From assembly GCA_025558095.1 (NCBI GenBank), contig JAIVFI010000007.1, forward strand, positions 558,001-622,000: a DNA stretch of 64,000 nucleotides. The letters are read 5' to 3'. Below are positions 1 to 12,327 of this stretch, piece after piece. A program made the translations under genes and the position numbers. Within the stretch, counting starts at the first letter, position 1. Each line of letters begins with the position of its first letter. The notes beneath the pieces are model-generated. The model saw only the letters and a list, made by a program, of their open reading frames with translations. It was not told the DNA's origin and did not search any database. This stretch comes from Hyaloraphidium curvatum SAG 235-1. Its lineage: Eukaryota; Fungi; Monoblepharomycota.

Positions 1-857
1 TCTTGGAACAGGAGGCCAAGGGCCGGATAGCACCCCTGCGCGAGCGCGAAAAGGAGGCGCGGGATTCCGGGCTCGCGGCTCCGATACCGAAGGACAACGT
101 CGGCTTCCGGTTGCTAGAGAAGATGGGATACAAGAGCGGCATGGCCTTGGGCAAGCCGGCTCCGGAGTCTCCGCCCCCCGAAAGCGCGCGGACGCCGTCG
201 ACGGACCCCGAATTCGAGCGTCCGTCGTTCAGACAGGCCGAGAGCTCGGGGGACGACGAGGACAGGGCGACACCGGGGCCGCGACCGGCGTTGGACGACC
301 GCGGCCGCCTCTTGGAACCCATTCCGATCGCAATGGTCGAGAAACGGACAGGGCTCGGCCTCCAGGCCGTGACGGAGAAGCGCAAACGGGAGCACGAGGA
401 AGCGGACAGCCGGAAGAAGGCCGCGCTCGAGAGGGACTTCCAGGCGTCGCGGAGGCAGCAGTTTGAGGACAAGCGCGTGCGCGGGGAGGTGGAAGCCATG
501 CGGCGCGAGCTGCGGGCGCTGGACGAAAAGAACGGCATCGACGCGGGGGAGATGTGGCCCGAGGTCAAGGTGCCTGTCCCCGACGGCGCTGAAGCCGCGG
601 AAGAGGGGCTGCACGCGACCGCTCTCTCAAAAGAGGAGATCATCGGTCTGGACGGCGAGGACGGCAACAGTGAGGCAGCCGAGGGGCAGGACGGCGAGCC
701 GCCCTTCTCGGCGCTCGAGCCGGTTGTGCAGCGCGAGAAGCTCATCAAGCATCTGCGGACTCAGTACCACTTTTGTCACTATTGTGGGGTCGAGTGCGCG
801 AACGCAGAGGAACTGGCTCAGGACTGCCCGGGAGAGGATCGGGAAGACCACGAATGA
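1..857 (+). CDS. G-patch domain protein with C-terminal DUF4187 (GPATCH11-like), 5' end outside window
   Basis: G-patch motif NVGFRLLEKMGYKSGMALGK; C-terminal HLRTQYHFCHYCG...CPGEDREDH typical of GPATCH11/DUF4187. Confidence 0.85.
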   Translation, partial: LEQEAKGRIAPLREREKEARDSGLAAPIPKDNVGFRLLEKMGYKSGMALGKPAPESPPPESARTPSTDPEFERPSFRQAESSGDDEDRATPGPRPALDDRGRLLEPIPIAMVEKRTGLGLQAVTEKRKREHEEADSRKKAALERDFQASRRQQFEDKRVRGEVEAMRRELRALDEKNGIDAGEMWPEVKVPVPDGAEAAEEGLHATALSKEEIIGLDGEDGNSEAAEGQDGEPPFSALEPVVQREKLIKHLRTQYHFCHYCGVECANAEELAQDCPGEDREDHE

Positions 858-928
858 ATGATTCTGGTGTATCACGACAAAGGATTACACTGGTATCAAA
901 TGGAACAAATGATGAGCAGATGTCAGTC

Positions 929-3900
929 TCAATTCCGCGCGAGCTCCGTCACTTTCTGGAGCGGCCGCCGCGGACCAGCTTCTTCGGAGGTCCGGCTGGA
1001 CCCCTTGCTTTCCCGACCGCCTTCTTGGCCGCGGCAGGCATTTGGATTTGGAAAACTGCGCGCCCAGGGAGTCAGAGGCTGCGGAACTGCAAACTGAGAA
1101 GACCAACCTTCGTCGTCACTCGAGCTTTCGGTGGAATCGCCCCCGCGATCGACGCCCGGTGCTGCCTTCTTCTTGCCAATGACATCCGGCTCGGAGCCCG
1201 AAGAAACCGTCGTAGGCTCGGCCTTGCGTGCCTTTGCAGCCTTCTTGCCCGCGGGCGCCTTGCCCTTCGGCTTCGAAGCGCCTCCTCCGTCGCTCTCCCC
1301 GCTTTCGTCGGAGGCGACGGCCCGCTTATTGGAAGCAGCTTTCCTTGCCGGCTTCTTCCGCGGCCTCTTCTCCTCCTCGCTCTCTTCGCTCCCGTCCGAA
1401 GGGTCATTCCCGCCCTCCTTGTTGACCCAGCGCTTGACGATCTTTTGCACGCGATTCGAATGGAGCCGCTTAAGCTTATCCGTGGGGCCGAGCACAGCGT
1501 CCACGGGGAAGAAGCGGTCGATCGTCTGTTGCACGCCTTCGGTCTCGTAGCTTCCGATCTGGCGGATGATCGGAAGCACCACCTCGTCCGTCTTGTCGTG
1601 CGTCCAGCCTAGCTTGCGGTCGAGAAAATCGCGGAGCTGGTCCAACGAAGGCACGCCCCATTCGAAGGGTTCGGTGGAATCGTCCACGGTCGGGTTCATG
1701 TAGGCGTTCCGCACCTCCGGGGCGGGAAAGCTGTCCGGCAGCTCGACTTTGAGGCACAGGTTGGCGAGCCGCTTCTTCAGCGCGCTGCTCTTGTCCGCGT
1801 CGGTCAGCTGGTTCATCTTTGCCCGCCACCAGAACTTGGAAAACTCGCGCAGTCCGCCCAGCCCGTCGCCGCCGGCATTCCCCGAGTCAAACGAATCGAG
1901 GATTTCGAGCGCAGTGACACCGCCGACGCCCTTGATCCCGTCGGTGTAGTCGCTTCCAAGCAGGTACGCCAAACGGATGAGCTTCTGCTTGTCCAGGGCC
2001 ATCTCGCGCTCCAGGTCGCCGGCCACGTAGCACTCGACAAACTTGGTCTGGCTGAATAGATTGCGGTAGACAAGCTTCCCGCCAAACAGGAACACGTCCG
2101 AATCGTCTGTCACTATGCCGTCCACGAGGCCGAGCTGCATGAGCTTGGCGCACTGCGCTTCGGCCTCAAGAGGGGCGACAATAAACGGCAGGCCGAACAG
2201 CCGGAGCAGCTCCTGCGACTCGGCGATCATGGCGTTGGTCACCGTCTGCGACAGGCGCTCGTCCCGGCCGCGCTGCTCCTTGATCGAACGGACCTCCCGT
2301 TCGAGCTCCCTCCGCACGTCCAGCTCGTCCTTCCGTGCAAGATCGGCAACGAACCGCGCGTATTCGGCCATCTCGGCGTCCATGTTTGTCTCAACGTCGT
2401 TGCGAACCGGCTCGGGCTGCGCTTCCTCCTGAGCTTCAGCTTCGGCGTAGTCGGGGGGTTGCTCTTCCTCGGCCTCGTCTTCCCAATCCTCCTCGTCCTC
2501 CTCGGCATCTGCAGCAGGCATCTCCGGGGCCTCTTCTGCGGCGCTCCGAGCCGGTGAAGCCGATGCCGCAGGTTGCGGGCTTGCCGGACTTGGCAGGTCC
2601 GCAGCACGCGTTTCCTCAGCCCGCCGCACAGATTCCACGCTCTCGGCCGGGGACGCTGGCCTTGCAGTCGCAATAGAGCTCAGCACCGGCGGCAAAGCTT
2701 CAACCTCCTCATCCTTCTCGTCCTCGTCCACCACGACCATCGGCGTGACGTCGTCCAATCGGAGAGAAACGTCCGCAGGCGGCACAGGAACTTTGAGTGG
2801 CGCGTTCGAGCCGGTCGCAGTCCGCCGCGAGGCGACGACGGTGACTTCCTCTTCCGGCTCGCTCGAATCATCAACCAGCTCGGCCGTTTCCACTGCAGCG
2901 CCGCGTACGGCTCCCCTGACGCGCGCAACAGGGGGGGGGCGCTCGGGCTCATCGTCCAAAGTCACGACCTCGGTGGACGAAGGCGGCAAATGCGCTCGAA
3001 ACTCCTCTGCTGCATCGAGAAAGGTGCACCACCACTGCAGGCATTCGCCCTTCGGGGTACCGACGTCCTCCTCCTTCATCTTTCCGAGCTTTCGGCGAGC
3101 GGTCGACAGGGCGTCCGAGACCTCCTCGTCACCCTCTACGCCGGGAGGCAGCGACAGGATCCTGAGCATTTCCTTGCCGACGTTCCTCTTGAGCTTGAAG
3201 CGGGTGATGGTCACCTCGTCCTCGTCCTGCTCGGACGTCTCCTCGGGAACCTCGGTCGGGAAGAGCGACTGAAACTCCTCGAACACCGCTGGAGTCATCA
3301 TCGAGTACCACGTCTCGTGGAAACTTCGGATCCGAGCGGGTACGCCGGCTGGGATCCGAAACTCATCCCGATCGCGCTTTTCGGCGTCGCCATTCGCAGG
3401 TTTCGCCTTTGCAGCCACGGGCCGACTTGCGGGTTGCGGTTTGCTCGGCGCCTCGTCCGCGACGTCCTCCCACAGCTCGTCGTCGCTGTCGTCCGCATCG
3501 AGCGACACAGGAGCCGGCACGGGGTCCCTGCGGACGCCGCTGGAAGATGCCTCCGAAGCCCGGCCCTGCCGCACCGCAGCCGATCCGTTGGCCTCCACCT
3601 CCATGAACCGGGTCATGACCTGCTCCACGCTCTCATCGTCGGCGACAAACGCGGCGGGATCAATCGCAACGGGAAGGTCCTCCGCCGGCGTGACTTTCTT
3701 CGTAGGCTTGGCAGCCGGCTTGGCCGCCTTGGCCGGCCCGGTGTCGCTGAACCGCACGCGCTTCGCTGCGGGAGAACGGTTGGCTGCCCGAAAACGTCCG
3801 ATGTCCGTGGACTGCGGCGCCGGCTTCCTTGCGGCGCGGGGAAGCTCAACCTCGGGTTCGACCTCCACGAACTCCTCGTTCTCGTCGCTGTCACTGGCCA

Positions 3901-5379
3901 GCAGCCGCACGTCCTCGTCGTCGAGATCGATGAGCGTGGGATGCCTTTCCATGCCGGATTCGAAGCCGCCGTGCCCGTTCGCGAACCCCATTTCCTCCTC
4001 CTCGTCCTTGATCTTTATCACGGTCTGCGTCTCGGTGCTCCCCGGCTCGGCCCGCGAGACCTCCTTGACCTTGAAGCTCCAACCGATCCCCGTTTCGTCG
4101 TTCTTGATGAGCACGTACTCGCGGTCCCGCTCCCCGATGATCCGCCGCGGGACGTAGGCGGAACCCTCCCCGCGCCCCATGCTCCGGTTCTTGACCACGA
4201 TCGTCTTGCCGCCCACGAGCTCGGCCTGCTTCTGCGTCAGCTCGTTCCGCCGCGTGAGGCCCTTGAGCTGGAGCAGGCTGAAATCCATGGCCGTCCGCGT
4301 CTGCGCGAGCATGTTCTCGATCCTGTCCATCTGCGTGGACCGGCTCCGGATCCGCATGTCCTGGATCAGCTCGTACTGCGCCTCGAGGGGCAGCGAGTTG
4401 AAGTAGGATGAGTCCACGTCCATGCCATCGAGCTGGTCCCTGTGCTGGCGGATGAAGCCCCGCAGCTCGTTCTGGGACACGAGCCTGGCGTCCTTGACCG
4501 CGTCTCCGCGCTGCAGCTTGGCGAGGCGGGTCTCGTCGTCGGGCGGGAGCTCAAAGTCCTCCGCACGGAACCGCTTCCGCGATCCGAGCACCTCCGGCGA
4601 GCTTCCGAGCCCGGCTGGTCCAGCCTGGGCCCCGTTCGAAGGGGCAGCGGGCGAAGACGACACGCTTTGCGCGGTCGCCACCTCCAGCGGCCGCCCGGCC
4701 GGAGATCCGGTGCCCGGACCCTCGAAGTAGGCACCCAGCATGCTGTTGTCCGTCACGACCTCGTCCCTTCGCCTCCCGCCCGCGGTTCGCACCGTCCGTG
4801 GAGTCTGCGGGGCTGATCCGGGCGCAGATCCAGGGGCGGAACCGGCAGCAGAACTGTCCCCGCCCTCCCCCCGCTGCTGCTTCCTGGGGGCGGCGAACCG
4901 GTGAGACGGGTACCTCCGCGACGGCTTCCGCGAAAGATCCCCCACTGTTTCTTCAGCGCATTCAGCCGCGAGAGCTCCATCTGGGCAAACACCAGCTTCC
5001 GCGCCGCCTTCTCGTAGTTGTTGCGGTGGCCCGCCTTGCGCTCCTTGCGCTCGGCCTACAACGGCAGACGCCGTCAGGACGCGATGCCGGGCGACGCCGT
5101 GATACGGCAACCCACGATTGTCTTGCGCTTGAGCACCGGCACGCCGCCGTCGAACACGAAGACGGGCTTGATGTTCCAGAAGAGCAGCTTACAGATGCGG
5201 CGGAAGAAGCCCAGGATGTGCGCGCCCGGCAGCGGGTTGCCTGCGCCGTCCTTCATTGCCTGCATGAACTGGTGCAGCCAGATGGACGCGTCGACCGCGA
5301 GCCGCTTGTTGCGCAGCGACTCGAGCCGCGTCGGCCGCGCGACGGGCTCGAGCAGCGACCACAGCGACTTGACGCCCAT
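929..5379 (-). CDS. RAD2: Rad2/XPG structure-specific DNA excision repair endonuclease (spliced)
   Basis: XPG-N MGVKSLWSLLEP...LAVDASIWLHQF...PVFVFDGG (5379-5116); intron 5115-5056 and a second near 4913-4884; XPG-I/H3TH APLEAEAQCA...GIVTDDSDVFLFGG...LLGSDYTDGIKGVG; long low-complexity spacer. Confidence 0.95.
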
Positions 5380-5680
5380 CGCGGCGAAGGGGCGCGCGGC
5401 CGGAAGATGTCAGGCCTGGCACGGAGCGGTCTCAGGGCATCGCGGCGGGAACAGGGTGGGCGTCTCCCGGGTTGATTGGTTGGAGTTGTGGGACAGCCAT
5501 CCCCTTCGGACTCGCCCGTACTTTTCTCTGCCAGAGGCCAACTCATCGGTCCGTCGCTCATTTCCGCGTCAACGCGTTTGGAAAGAGAGCCATGGTTAGC
5601 TTTGGTCTCGATGCCCCCGCCCTGCCCGCGACGCGTGCCAAGGCTCGATGCTCTGCCGCCTCTGGTTCAGCGAGGGAGGC

Positions 5681-6120
5681 ATGGAGGCGCTCAGGAGCAT
5701 GGGAGACACGGCCAAGGGGTTCCTCGACGGATCCCTGCACGAGATCGCGCCGCAGCTTGTCGCCAGACTCGAAGAGCCCGGCCAACAGCCCCTGCGCGCC
5801 GTCACCGCCACGACCGCTCTGATCACGCAGATCGCGACGGGCGCTGGGGCGCACCCCGCCGCAGAAGCCGTGATGCGCAACTGGGACATTGCCGTGGAGT
5901 ACAACCCACTGTTCGCCAGGTTCCGCAAAGAGCACGTCAGCATCTGCGCGACGCCTCCCTCGTTAGCCGCTAACTCTCCGTTCCCCAGCCCCACGGACTC
6001 ACGGACGCCAAATCTCGCACCCTGCTCGCCGAAAATAACGGATTATACTCCTTCTGGCTCGCGCGCGAGCTGTGGGAGCAGGGGATATTGCCGGGCAGGC
6101 CGGCCAGGTACTTCTGGTAA
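5681..6120 (+). CDS. small hypothetical protein (two exons)
   Basis: ATG 5681; removing GT-AG intron 5936-5988 (CTAAC branch point) restores the frame to ...LARELWEQGILPGRPARYFW* (TAA 6118-6120). Confidence 0.55.
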
Positions 6121-6286
6121 CCGGCAAACCTATAGCCGCCCACCTCCAGTGTAGCACGTCGACCATTCATCGAACCAATGCACTCGTGAACAACTGAACA
6201 TGGTACCGCCCAAATCCACCCTTTTCCGCTACCGAGCCCCGCAGATCCTTCCGCCCATGTCCAAGCGCCGCCAATCCGCCATCCCT

Positions 6287-7330
6287 TCACTCGGCACCCA
6301 GGGCCGCAGCCAGCACCATTGCGGCCCCCGCCCACGCCACCGCGTCCCCTCTTCGCACCCACGCCGCCACCGCGAGAGCCGCGGCGGCCCTCATCGCAAT
6401 CGGAGCGTTGCCCAGCGCCTCGGCTGCCCAGGCCAGCCCCCACGCCCTCGTCCGGTGGCCGGCTGAGGAGGGCTCGAAGGGAAAAGGACCCGAGGGGTCG
6501 GCCCAGGAGGGCAAGGCGCGCTTGGTCGTCGAGACGGAAAAGGTCCGCGTCGTCGTCGTGCGCGAGGTGCGCCGGCCGGTGCTGCTCGTCTCCGTCGTCC
6601 CGTCCGTCGTCTCCGAGTCCACGGAAATGACAAAGGTCGCCTCGGGGGACTCGCTGCTTCCGCCCGGGTCCACGGTGGGCACCGTGGGGTCACCCGGGTT
6701 CTCGGTCGGCGTCGGCTCCTCCGTCGTCGTGGTGGTCTTTTTCCTCGTCGTCTTGATCTTACGCGTTGTCTTGACCCGCTTGGTCGTCTTGACCTTTCTC
6801 TTGGTCGTCGGCACGGGCGCGGGCTCCTCCGAGAGCGTCGGCGTGATGGTGGGGAAGAGCGGGTCGCCCGGGTCGGGCGTGGGCGACGCGGCGCGCTTGG
6901 TCGTGGTCTTGCGGCCGCCGGACGTGGCAACTGCGCAGAGTCTGGGCTGAGGGTCAGCCGGCGCCCTCCCGGTGCCGCAACAAGGCCTCACGTGTTCCGC
7001 CACCACTGCCGCACGGCCACGGCGTCCGTGCACGTCAGGTCCCCGTCGAAGCACTCGGTCAGCCTGGCGCCAAAATCCGCGCCCGACGCCGCCCCGCACG
7101 CGCAGGAGGGGTCGGGCACGTACAGGTTGACAAAGGTGCAGCCGGCGCCGTTGGCCGCGGCGCGGATGCAGCGCAAAGCGCAGGCTGCGAATGCCGCCGG
7201 GATTGCCGGGGCCTGGGCGGCGGCGCCGGAGAGGAGGAGCAGGAGGAGGGCAAGGGGCGCAAAGGAGAGGGGGAAGGGGGAATGCGCGAGGAGCGTTGTC
7301 GGCGGGCCGGTGCGTCGGCGGCGCTTCATT
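6287..7330 (-). CDS. secreted/cell-surface protein with CFEM-like cysteine-rich domain, Thr/Pro/Lys-rich stalk and hydrophobic C-terminus
   Basis: Signal-like LALLLLLLSGAAAQ; CALRCI...CTF...CAC...EC...TC...C pattern; intron ~6991-6938; Thr-rich stalk; hydrophobic tail AAAALAVAAWV...MVLAAALGAE; start codon uncertain. Confidence 0.6.
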   Translation of the reverse strand, partial: NEAPPTHRPADNAPRAFPLPPLLCAPCPPPAPPLRRRRPGPGNPGGIRSLRFALHPRRGQRRRLHLCQPVRARPLLRVRGGVGRGFWRQADRVLRRGPDVHGRRGRAAVVAEHVRPCCGTGRAPADPQPRLCAVATSGGRKTTTKRAASPTPDPGDPLFPTITPTLSEEPAPVPTTKRKVKTTKRVKTTRKIKTTRKKTTTTTEEPTPTENPGDPTVPTVDPGGSSESPEATFVISVDSETTDGTTETSSTGRRTSRTTTTRTFSVSTTKRALPSWADPSGPFPFEPSSAGHRTRAWGLAWAAEALGNAPIAMRAAAALAVAAWVRRGDAVAWAGAAMVLAAALGAE

Positions 7331-7809
7331 CCCGCGCAGGGCGGGCGCTCCTGACCCGGGAGCGCAGAGAACGCGGACGCAACGCAGATTCCGCGGGGGC
7401 GGAACGAGGAGCGGACCTGCCGCTCGTGTTGTGCGGGCGGTGCTTTGGGCCGACCACTGTTTGGTCGCACGCCCTCGCCACATTTTTCAGGGGGCGGCGA
7501 AGACAAGCCACGACCGGCAGCATTCCGCAGCAACGGCCCTATATCTGCCCCTGCGTGCGCATCCATCATCCCGGCCTCCTGCCCAACCGCACTGGCGAGA
7601 GGCGCCCGAAGTCTCTCTCTGATCACATCAACGCCGGTCCCCTTCCACCCGCCCGACCCCCTCGAACCCCGCCTCCCACGACGGACTCAAGGCACAACGT
7701 GCCGGCCGCAGGGAGCAGGCATTGCAAAAGTGTCCGTGCACGTGGTCGTCAGATCGACGCAGTTCTCGCATTTTCGGAAGCTACAACTCGCTCCCACGGC
7801 GCTGTCGTA

Positions 7810-8116
7810 TCACTCGCGGACGTGTCCAATGATTGAAATGGCAATGTTGACCTTTTCGTCGTTTACGGAGCCCAGAACTGAATATGCACATGGGGTAAGC
7901 TGGCGGAAAGGGCCGCCACCTCTGCGGGTCGAGTACTTGCCGCCCTTCGCTTGGACCACCTCGTCGACGCCGGCCGCTTGGGCCTCCGCGGGGGGCTGCT
8001 GCTGCTCCTGCTCTGCCTGCTGCGGCGCGGGGTCTGGCGGGGACGGGCGGGGCGCGCCGGCGGTGAGCGCGACCGGCACGGGTGCTGCCGGTGCGGCGCG
8101 CCGGCTCACCGGACAT
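7810..8116 (-). CDS. short hypothetical ORF (Gln/Ala-rich) or gene relic
   Basis: ATG TCC G|gtgag...ccgccag|AC gives MSDPAPQQAEQEQQQPPAEAQAAG...; canonical intron but short product. Confidence 0.35.
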
Positions 8117-8457
8117 GGCGGGCGCTCTGTGTCGGGGGGCGGGGGCTCGAAGACGATGGGGGACGGCGTCTGCTCGGCGTTGGCGATGGTTTGGGGTGGG
8201 TCTCTCTCCTATATCCCTCCCGATATCCCCGCTCCGAGGCAGGTGGACCCTGATAACCGAGCCTGAGCCCACCTGCGATCAACCACCAGCCCATGCCGTG
8301 ATGGAAACGGCTGCCGCATGGGCGGTCCACCTGGACGGCGGGACGAGGAGCGCGCGCCGGCCGGCGCGGGGATCCCGCCGGGCAATCGGAACGGGCGGCA
8401 ACCGGCCGCGGATCACCCGGCAACGGCCTTCCCATTCGCTTCTGCAGCACGCATCCG

Positions 8458-9420
8458 TCACGCTTCCGGCTTCCTTCCCACCAGCACCGGCTGGAAATAC
8501 CCCCCGTCCCCCTCCACCCTCCCCACCCCCTCGAACCCCGCCTCCTTCATGAGCTGTAGGACCCTCCCCACGCCCACCATCCTGTACTCGGCCTTGAAGC
8601 TCCTGCACCCGACGCCCCCGGGGGAATCCTCGACAAAGTACATCCCAAGGGAATACACGTCCGGCCTCGCGGGGTCGTCGAACGCCCACGTCTGGAACAC
8701 GAACGTCCTCCCCCCGCCGGGCCGCTCGCGGATGCCCGGGTAGGGACGGAGCTGCAGCCTCTCCCTGCTTTCGTTGTCGTAGTCCCGCAGGGTGACGATG
8801 CAGACGCCCCCCGGTGCCAGGCAGAGGAGGAAGGCGCGCAGGGCCCGGAGGATGTCGGGGTCGGCGGGGAGGTGCGGGATGCAGTTGTCCGCGCACACGA
8901 GCGCTTTGAACGGGGCGCCGGCAAACATCCCCGGACGCAGCGAGCGCATGTCGCATGCCCCCCTGAGCTCCCTGGCCGCGACCCCGCGCTCGGCCAGGAG
9001 CTCCGCGCACCGCGCCACCGCCCCCGGGCTGAGGTCCGCGCCGGACGCCGGGTACCCCAGCCGCAGGAGGCCGAGGAGCTGCGTGCCGATGCCGCATGCG
9101 GCGTCGAGCAGGGGGACGTCCCGCGGTGCGGTGCCGGGCGGGAGCTGCGAGAGGATGATGGAGGACAGCTGCGAGGCCTGCCGGGAGGAGGCGGCGTCAA
9201 AGTCCTCGAAGATGGCGTCGTCTGAGTGGCGGGTCGGCGGTCAGATGGGTCCGGGATGGGGAGAGGGGGGCGCACAGTATGGGGCGAGGGCGGAGTAGAA
9301 GGAGGCCGTGCGGGCGGTGCCGTCGTCCGCGGCCGGCGGGCCGTCGCGCGGGCCGTCGGGCGCATCGCCGGCCTCCGATGCGCGGGGCGGAGCTGCGGTC
9401 CCGTCTGTCGTGTCGAGCAT
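8458..9420 (-). CDS. class I SAM-dependent methyltransferase (glycine/sarcosine N-methyltransferase-like), paralog 1
   Basis: FYSALAPY|YDAIFEDF, motif I LLDAACGIGTQ, GADLS, CADNCIPHL; one intron ~9275-9223. Confidence 0.85.
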
Positions 9421-9726
9421 TTTCAGTTTGGATTTGATTCGGGACGCTTGGGAGTCATCCGACGATCGTCGGACTCGAGTGAGGACCCTGGATGGCTCCC
9501 ACGGAACCCGCCGTCGTATCGGGCGCCGATCCCGGCTCTTGCCGTTCCAATCCATCCATGATCCAAACCGTAGTATCCGCGGCGCTACAGCCTATCCCAT
9601 ATGTACATCCGCGCCTGCGGCGCATGAAAGAGTGTCCGAGCATCCCCTGTCCATCGTGGTGCGAGCGCTTGAGCGTGTGCGGGGTGCACTCCCCGAGCCC
9701 TTCATCCCCTTCCCCCATCCGTCCAA

Positions 9727-10506
9727 TCACCTCGTCGCCATGGGCATCGGCATCTCGCCCGCGCAGGCGGCGACCAGCGCGTCCAGCGCGCCCGTGCCCG
9801 CGCCCCAGGCCGCGGCGTCCCAGGCCTGCGGGTGCGGGTGCTGCGGTGCGGGGTCGTAGGCGGTGCCGTCGCTGGCCCCCGACGACGACCACGAGGAGGA
9901 CGAGAGCGAGGTGCCCCTGCGCGGGCGGGGCTTGGCGTCGGCTTCCTCGGGCGCCGCGAGGAGCGTGTCCCCCTGGCTGTCTAACGGGCAGCCCGCGTCC
10001 GATGCGTGCGCGGGGCGGCCGCAGCACACGCGCAGGTGCCTGCGCAGGTTGGACAGCACCGAGAAGCGCTTGCCGCAGCCCGTGTTCGGGCACGGGAAGG
10101 GCCGCTCGCCGGTGTGCGAGTGCAGGTGCGTTGCCAGCGAGGAGGGGCGCGGGAAGCGCTTTGCGCAGTGCGGGCACGGGTAGCGCTTGCCGCGCGGCTC
10201 GTCGGGCGGCGAAGGGGGCGGCGAGCGCGGCAGGGAGGGCAGCGAGAGGCGGCGCGCGGGCGCGGCATCGGGGCGGCGGTCGGGGAACGCGAGCCACGCG
10301 GCCATGTCGGGCGAGAACGACGAGTGCGCCGAGGGCGCGGGCGAGGCGAGCGGGGGGGCGGGTGCAGCCGCGGGGCGCGGGGCGGGGGCCGGCTGCGGCG
10401 CGCCCCACAGCGGCGGGAACATCGGCAGCGCGGGCGCGCCCGCCGACAGCGACGGCACGACGCGCAGCAGCGCGTCCAGCGGGGGCAGCTCGGGCGACGG
10501 CGGCAT
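9727..10506 (-). CDS. C2H2 zinc finger transcription factor (two fingers)
   Basis: YPCPHCAKRFPRPSSLATHLHSH-TGERP-FPCPNTGCGKRFSVLSNLRRHLRVC. Confidence 0.88.
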   Translation of the reverse strand: MPPSPELPPLDALLRVVPSLSAGAPALPMFPPLWGAPQPAPAPRPAAAPAPPLASPAPSAHSSFSPDMAAWLAFPDRRPDAAPARRLSLPSLPRSPPPSPPDEPRGKRYPCPHCAKRFPRPSSLATHLHSHTGERPFPCPNTGCGKRFSVLSNLRRHLRVCCGRPAHASDAGCPLDSQGDTLLAAPEEADAKPRPRRGTSLSSSSWSSSGASDGTAYDPAPQHPHPQAWDAAAWGAGTGALDALVAACAGEMPMPMATR

Positions 10507-11557
10507 CGTCCAGGCACGGGGCCAAACAGGTGGGGCGGCACTCACGCCGGGGCGTCGACACGGGTCCTCCGGGGGCAAATTAAAGCGCCCCGCGGGCGTC
10601 CGATGCCGGCAGAGGGCTGCTGCAGGAGTCGGGTGTGGCGTCCGTCGGTCGTTCAGGCAGGTGCAGATCCGCGCCGCCGATCCGATTCGCCAGGACGCCG
10701 CCTGGCCGCACCAGAGGCCCGCTCGGCAGGGCACCGCCGCGGCCGCACGGCAACGGACCGTCTCGGCAGTGCTATCGGAGGAGCAAGCCGGGCCGCCGAT
10801 GCGACGCCGTGGCCGTGGGGTGCCCTCGTAGTCCAGGGCGTCAGCTGCGGGATCCAGACCGCCGCCGGCCGGACACCGAGTCATGTCACCACCCACACAC
10901 CCGAACGGCACCCAAAGGCCCCGCCTACGGGCGATGAACTTTGCCACCGCGTTGCGGAACTCATTTTCCCGGTTGCGGTGGCGTGGAAATGCCGGAGAAC
11001 CGACCGGGCGGTTTCCACTGCCCGATCCTCCTTATCCCACAAATCCCGCTCCAGCCGGAAAGCCTAATTCTGTCCCCCGCATTTCGGCACCAGCCGATCC
11101 CTGCCGCTCCCGGCCCGCGCCGATCCCGCCCGTCAGCACGCGCGCCGGGGAGCGGGATGCGCCGGCCGTCTTGCCTCTGCGGCGAGAAATTGTCCCGCCC
11201 GCGACCAGCACCACCGGCGACGCCACGCCGCGCGCGGGCGGCACGGTCGGAAAATCGGGCCCGCGCGGGATGGCGGGTGGCGAAGGCGGATCGGCCGTCC
11301 ACATCGGGGGGCCGATTGGAGGTGGACGGAATCCGGAGGCGCGGCGGCGCGCCGGCGGGCGGGGAAGGCAAGGGGATGGGTGCGCCACACGGCCTGACCG
11401 CCCGCCGGGCATATGACGGACGCCCTGACCCGGACCCCTGCGTGCTCCCCGTTGCCACAGACCGTCGGACGCTCCTCATCCCCGAACTGGTGTAACAAAC
11501 CCGCCGCATCTCCACCTCCCGTGCCCGAGCCCAACATCCATCCACGCCCCTCCCCGC

Positions 11558-12210
11558 CTAGAAAGGCCACCACCCCCCACCCCGCCCCGCAAACGCCTCG
11601 TCCTCCGCCTTCTGCCTCTCGGTCCTGATATCGTCCAGCCTGGGCGCGCGGACATCGGGGCGGGTCAGCGAGCCGGGCCGGGGGGCGCGCAAAGGGGCGC
11701 CGACCAACCATTTCACGGGATGCCGCTTGAATACCGGCCACGGCGGGATGCAGATCTACCACCACGGACGGCAGGGCACGGAAACGCGTCAGCACCGTCC
11801 TCCCGCGGGGCAAGCGCGGCGGACGCACCGCGGAGCACGCGAGCCCGCCGAAAAAGACGACCGCGAAGCACAGCCGGAGGCTGCCGGCCGCCAGCCCGAG
11901 GAAGAAGCCGAGCACCTGCACCGGCGGGGCGGGAGCGTCCGTCAGGGGGGCATTTTGGGGAGGGAGGAGGAGAGAGTACCCCGGAGGAGACCATGATGAT
12001 CTGGACGAGCAGTTCCGCGAGCCGCTGGCCCTCGTAGTCCTGCCCCGCATTTCCTGTCAGCCAGCAGCGCGGAAATCGCGCGGGAAGGGGGCCCACGATG
12101 TTGTCGGAGAGCCAGTGCGGTTCCGGTTTGGGCGACGGGGAAGGGGGCGCGTCGGCGGGGGAGGGGTCCGCGGGGGACGGCGGGTCGGGCGAGGAGGCGG
12201 AGGAGGACAT
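11558..12210 (-). CDS. SPC12: signal peptidase complex subunit Spc12/SPCS1 (spliced)
   Basis: Spliced reading DYEGQRLAELLVQIIMVSSG-VLGFFLG...CIPPWPVFKRHPVKWL matches the SPC12 family; four short introns. Confidence 0.85.
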
Positions 12211-12327
12211 GGGGAGGAGGGCAGGAGGGTAGGAGAGGGGGCTTAGGCCGGTTGGACGCGTTCCGCCGGTCGACGCGTCGATCTCCAAGGGACTTTCGCA
12301 AACAACCATCTTCACCGCGCAGCGAAG

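Noticed and set aside
7810-7870. EKVNIAISIIGHV resembles the start of EF1-alpha/eRF3 G-domains
   Set aside because: No following DxGKST P-loop in any plausible splice; too short to support
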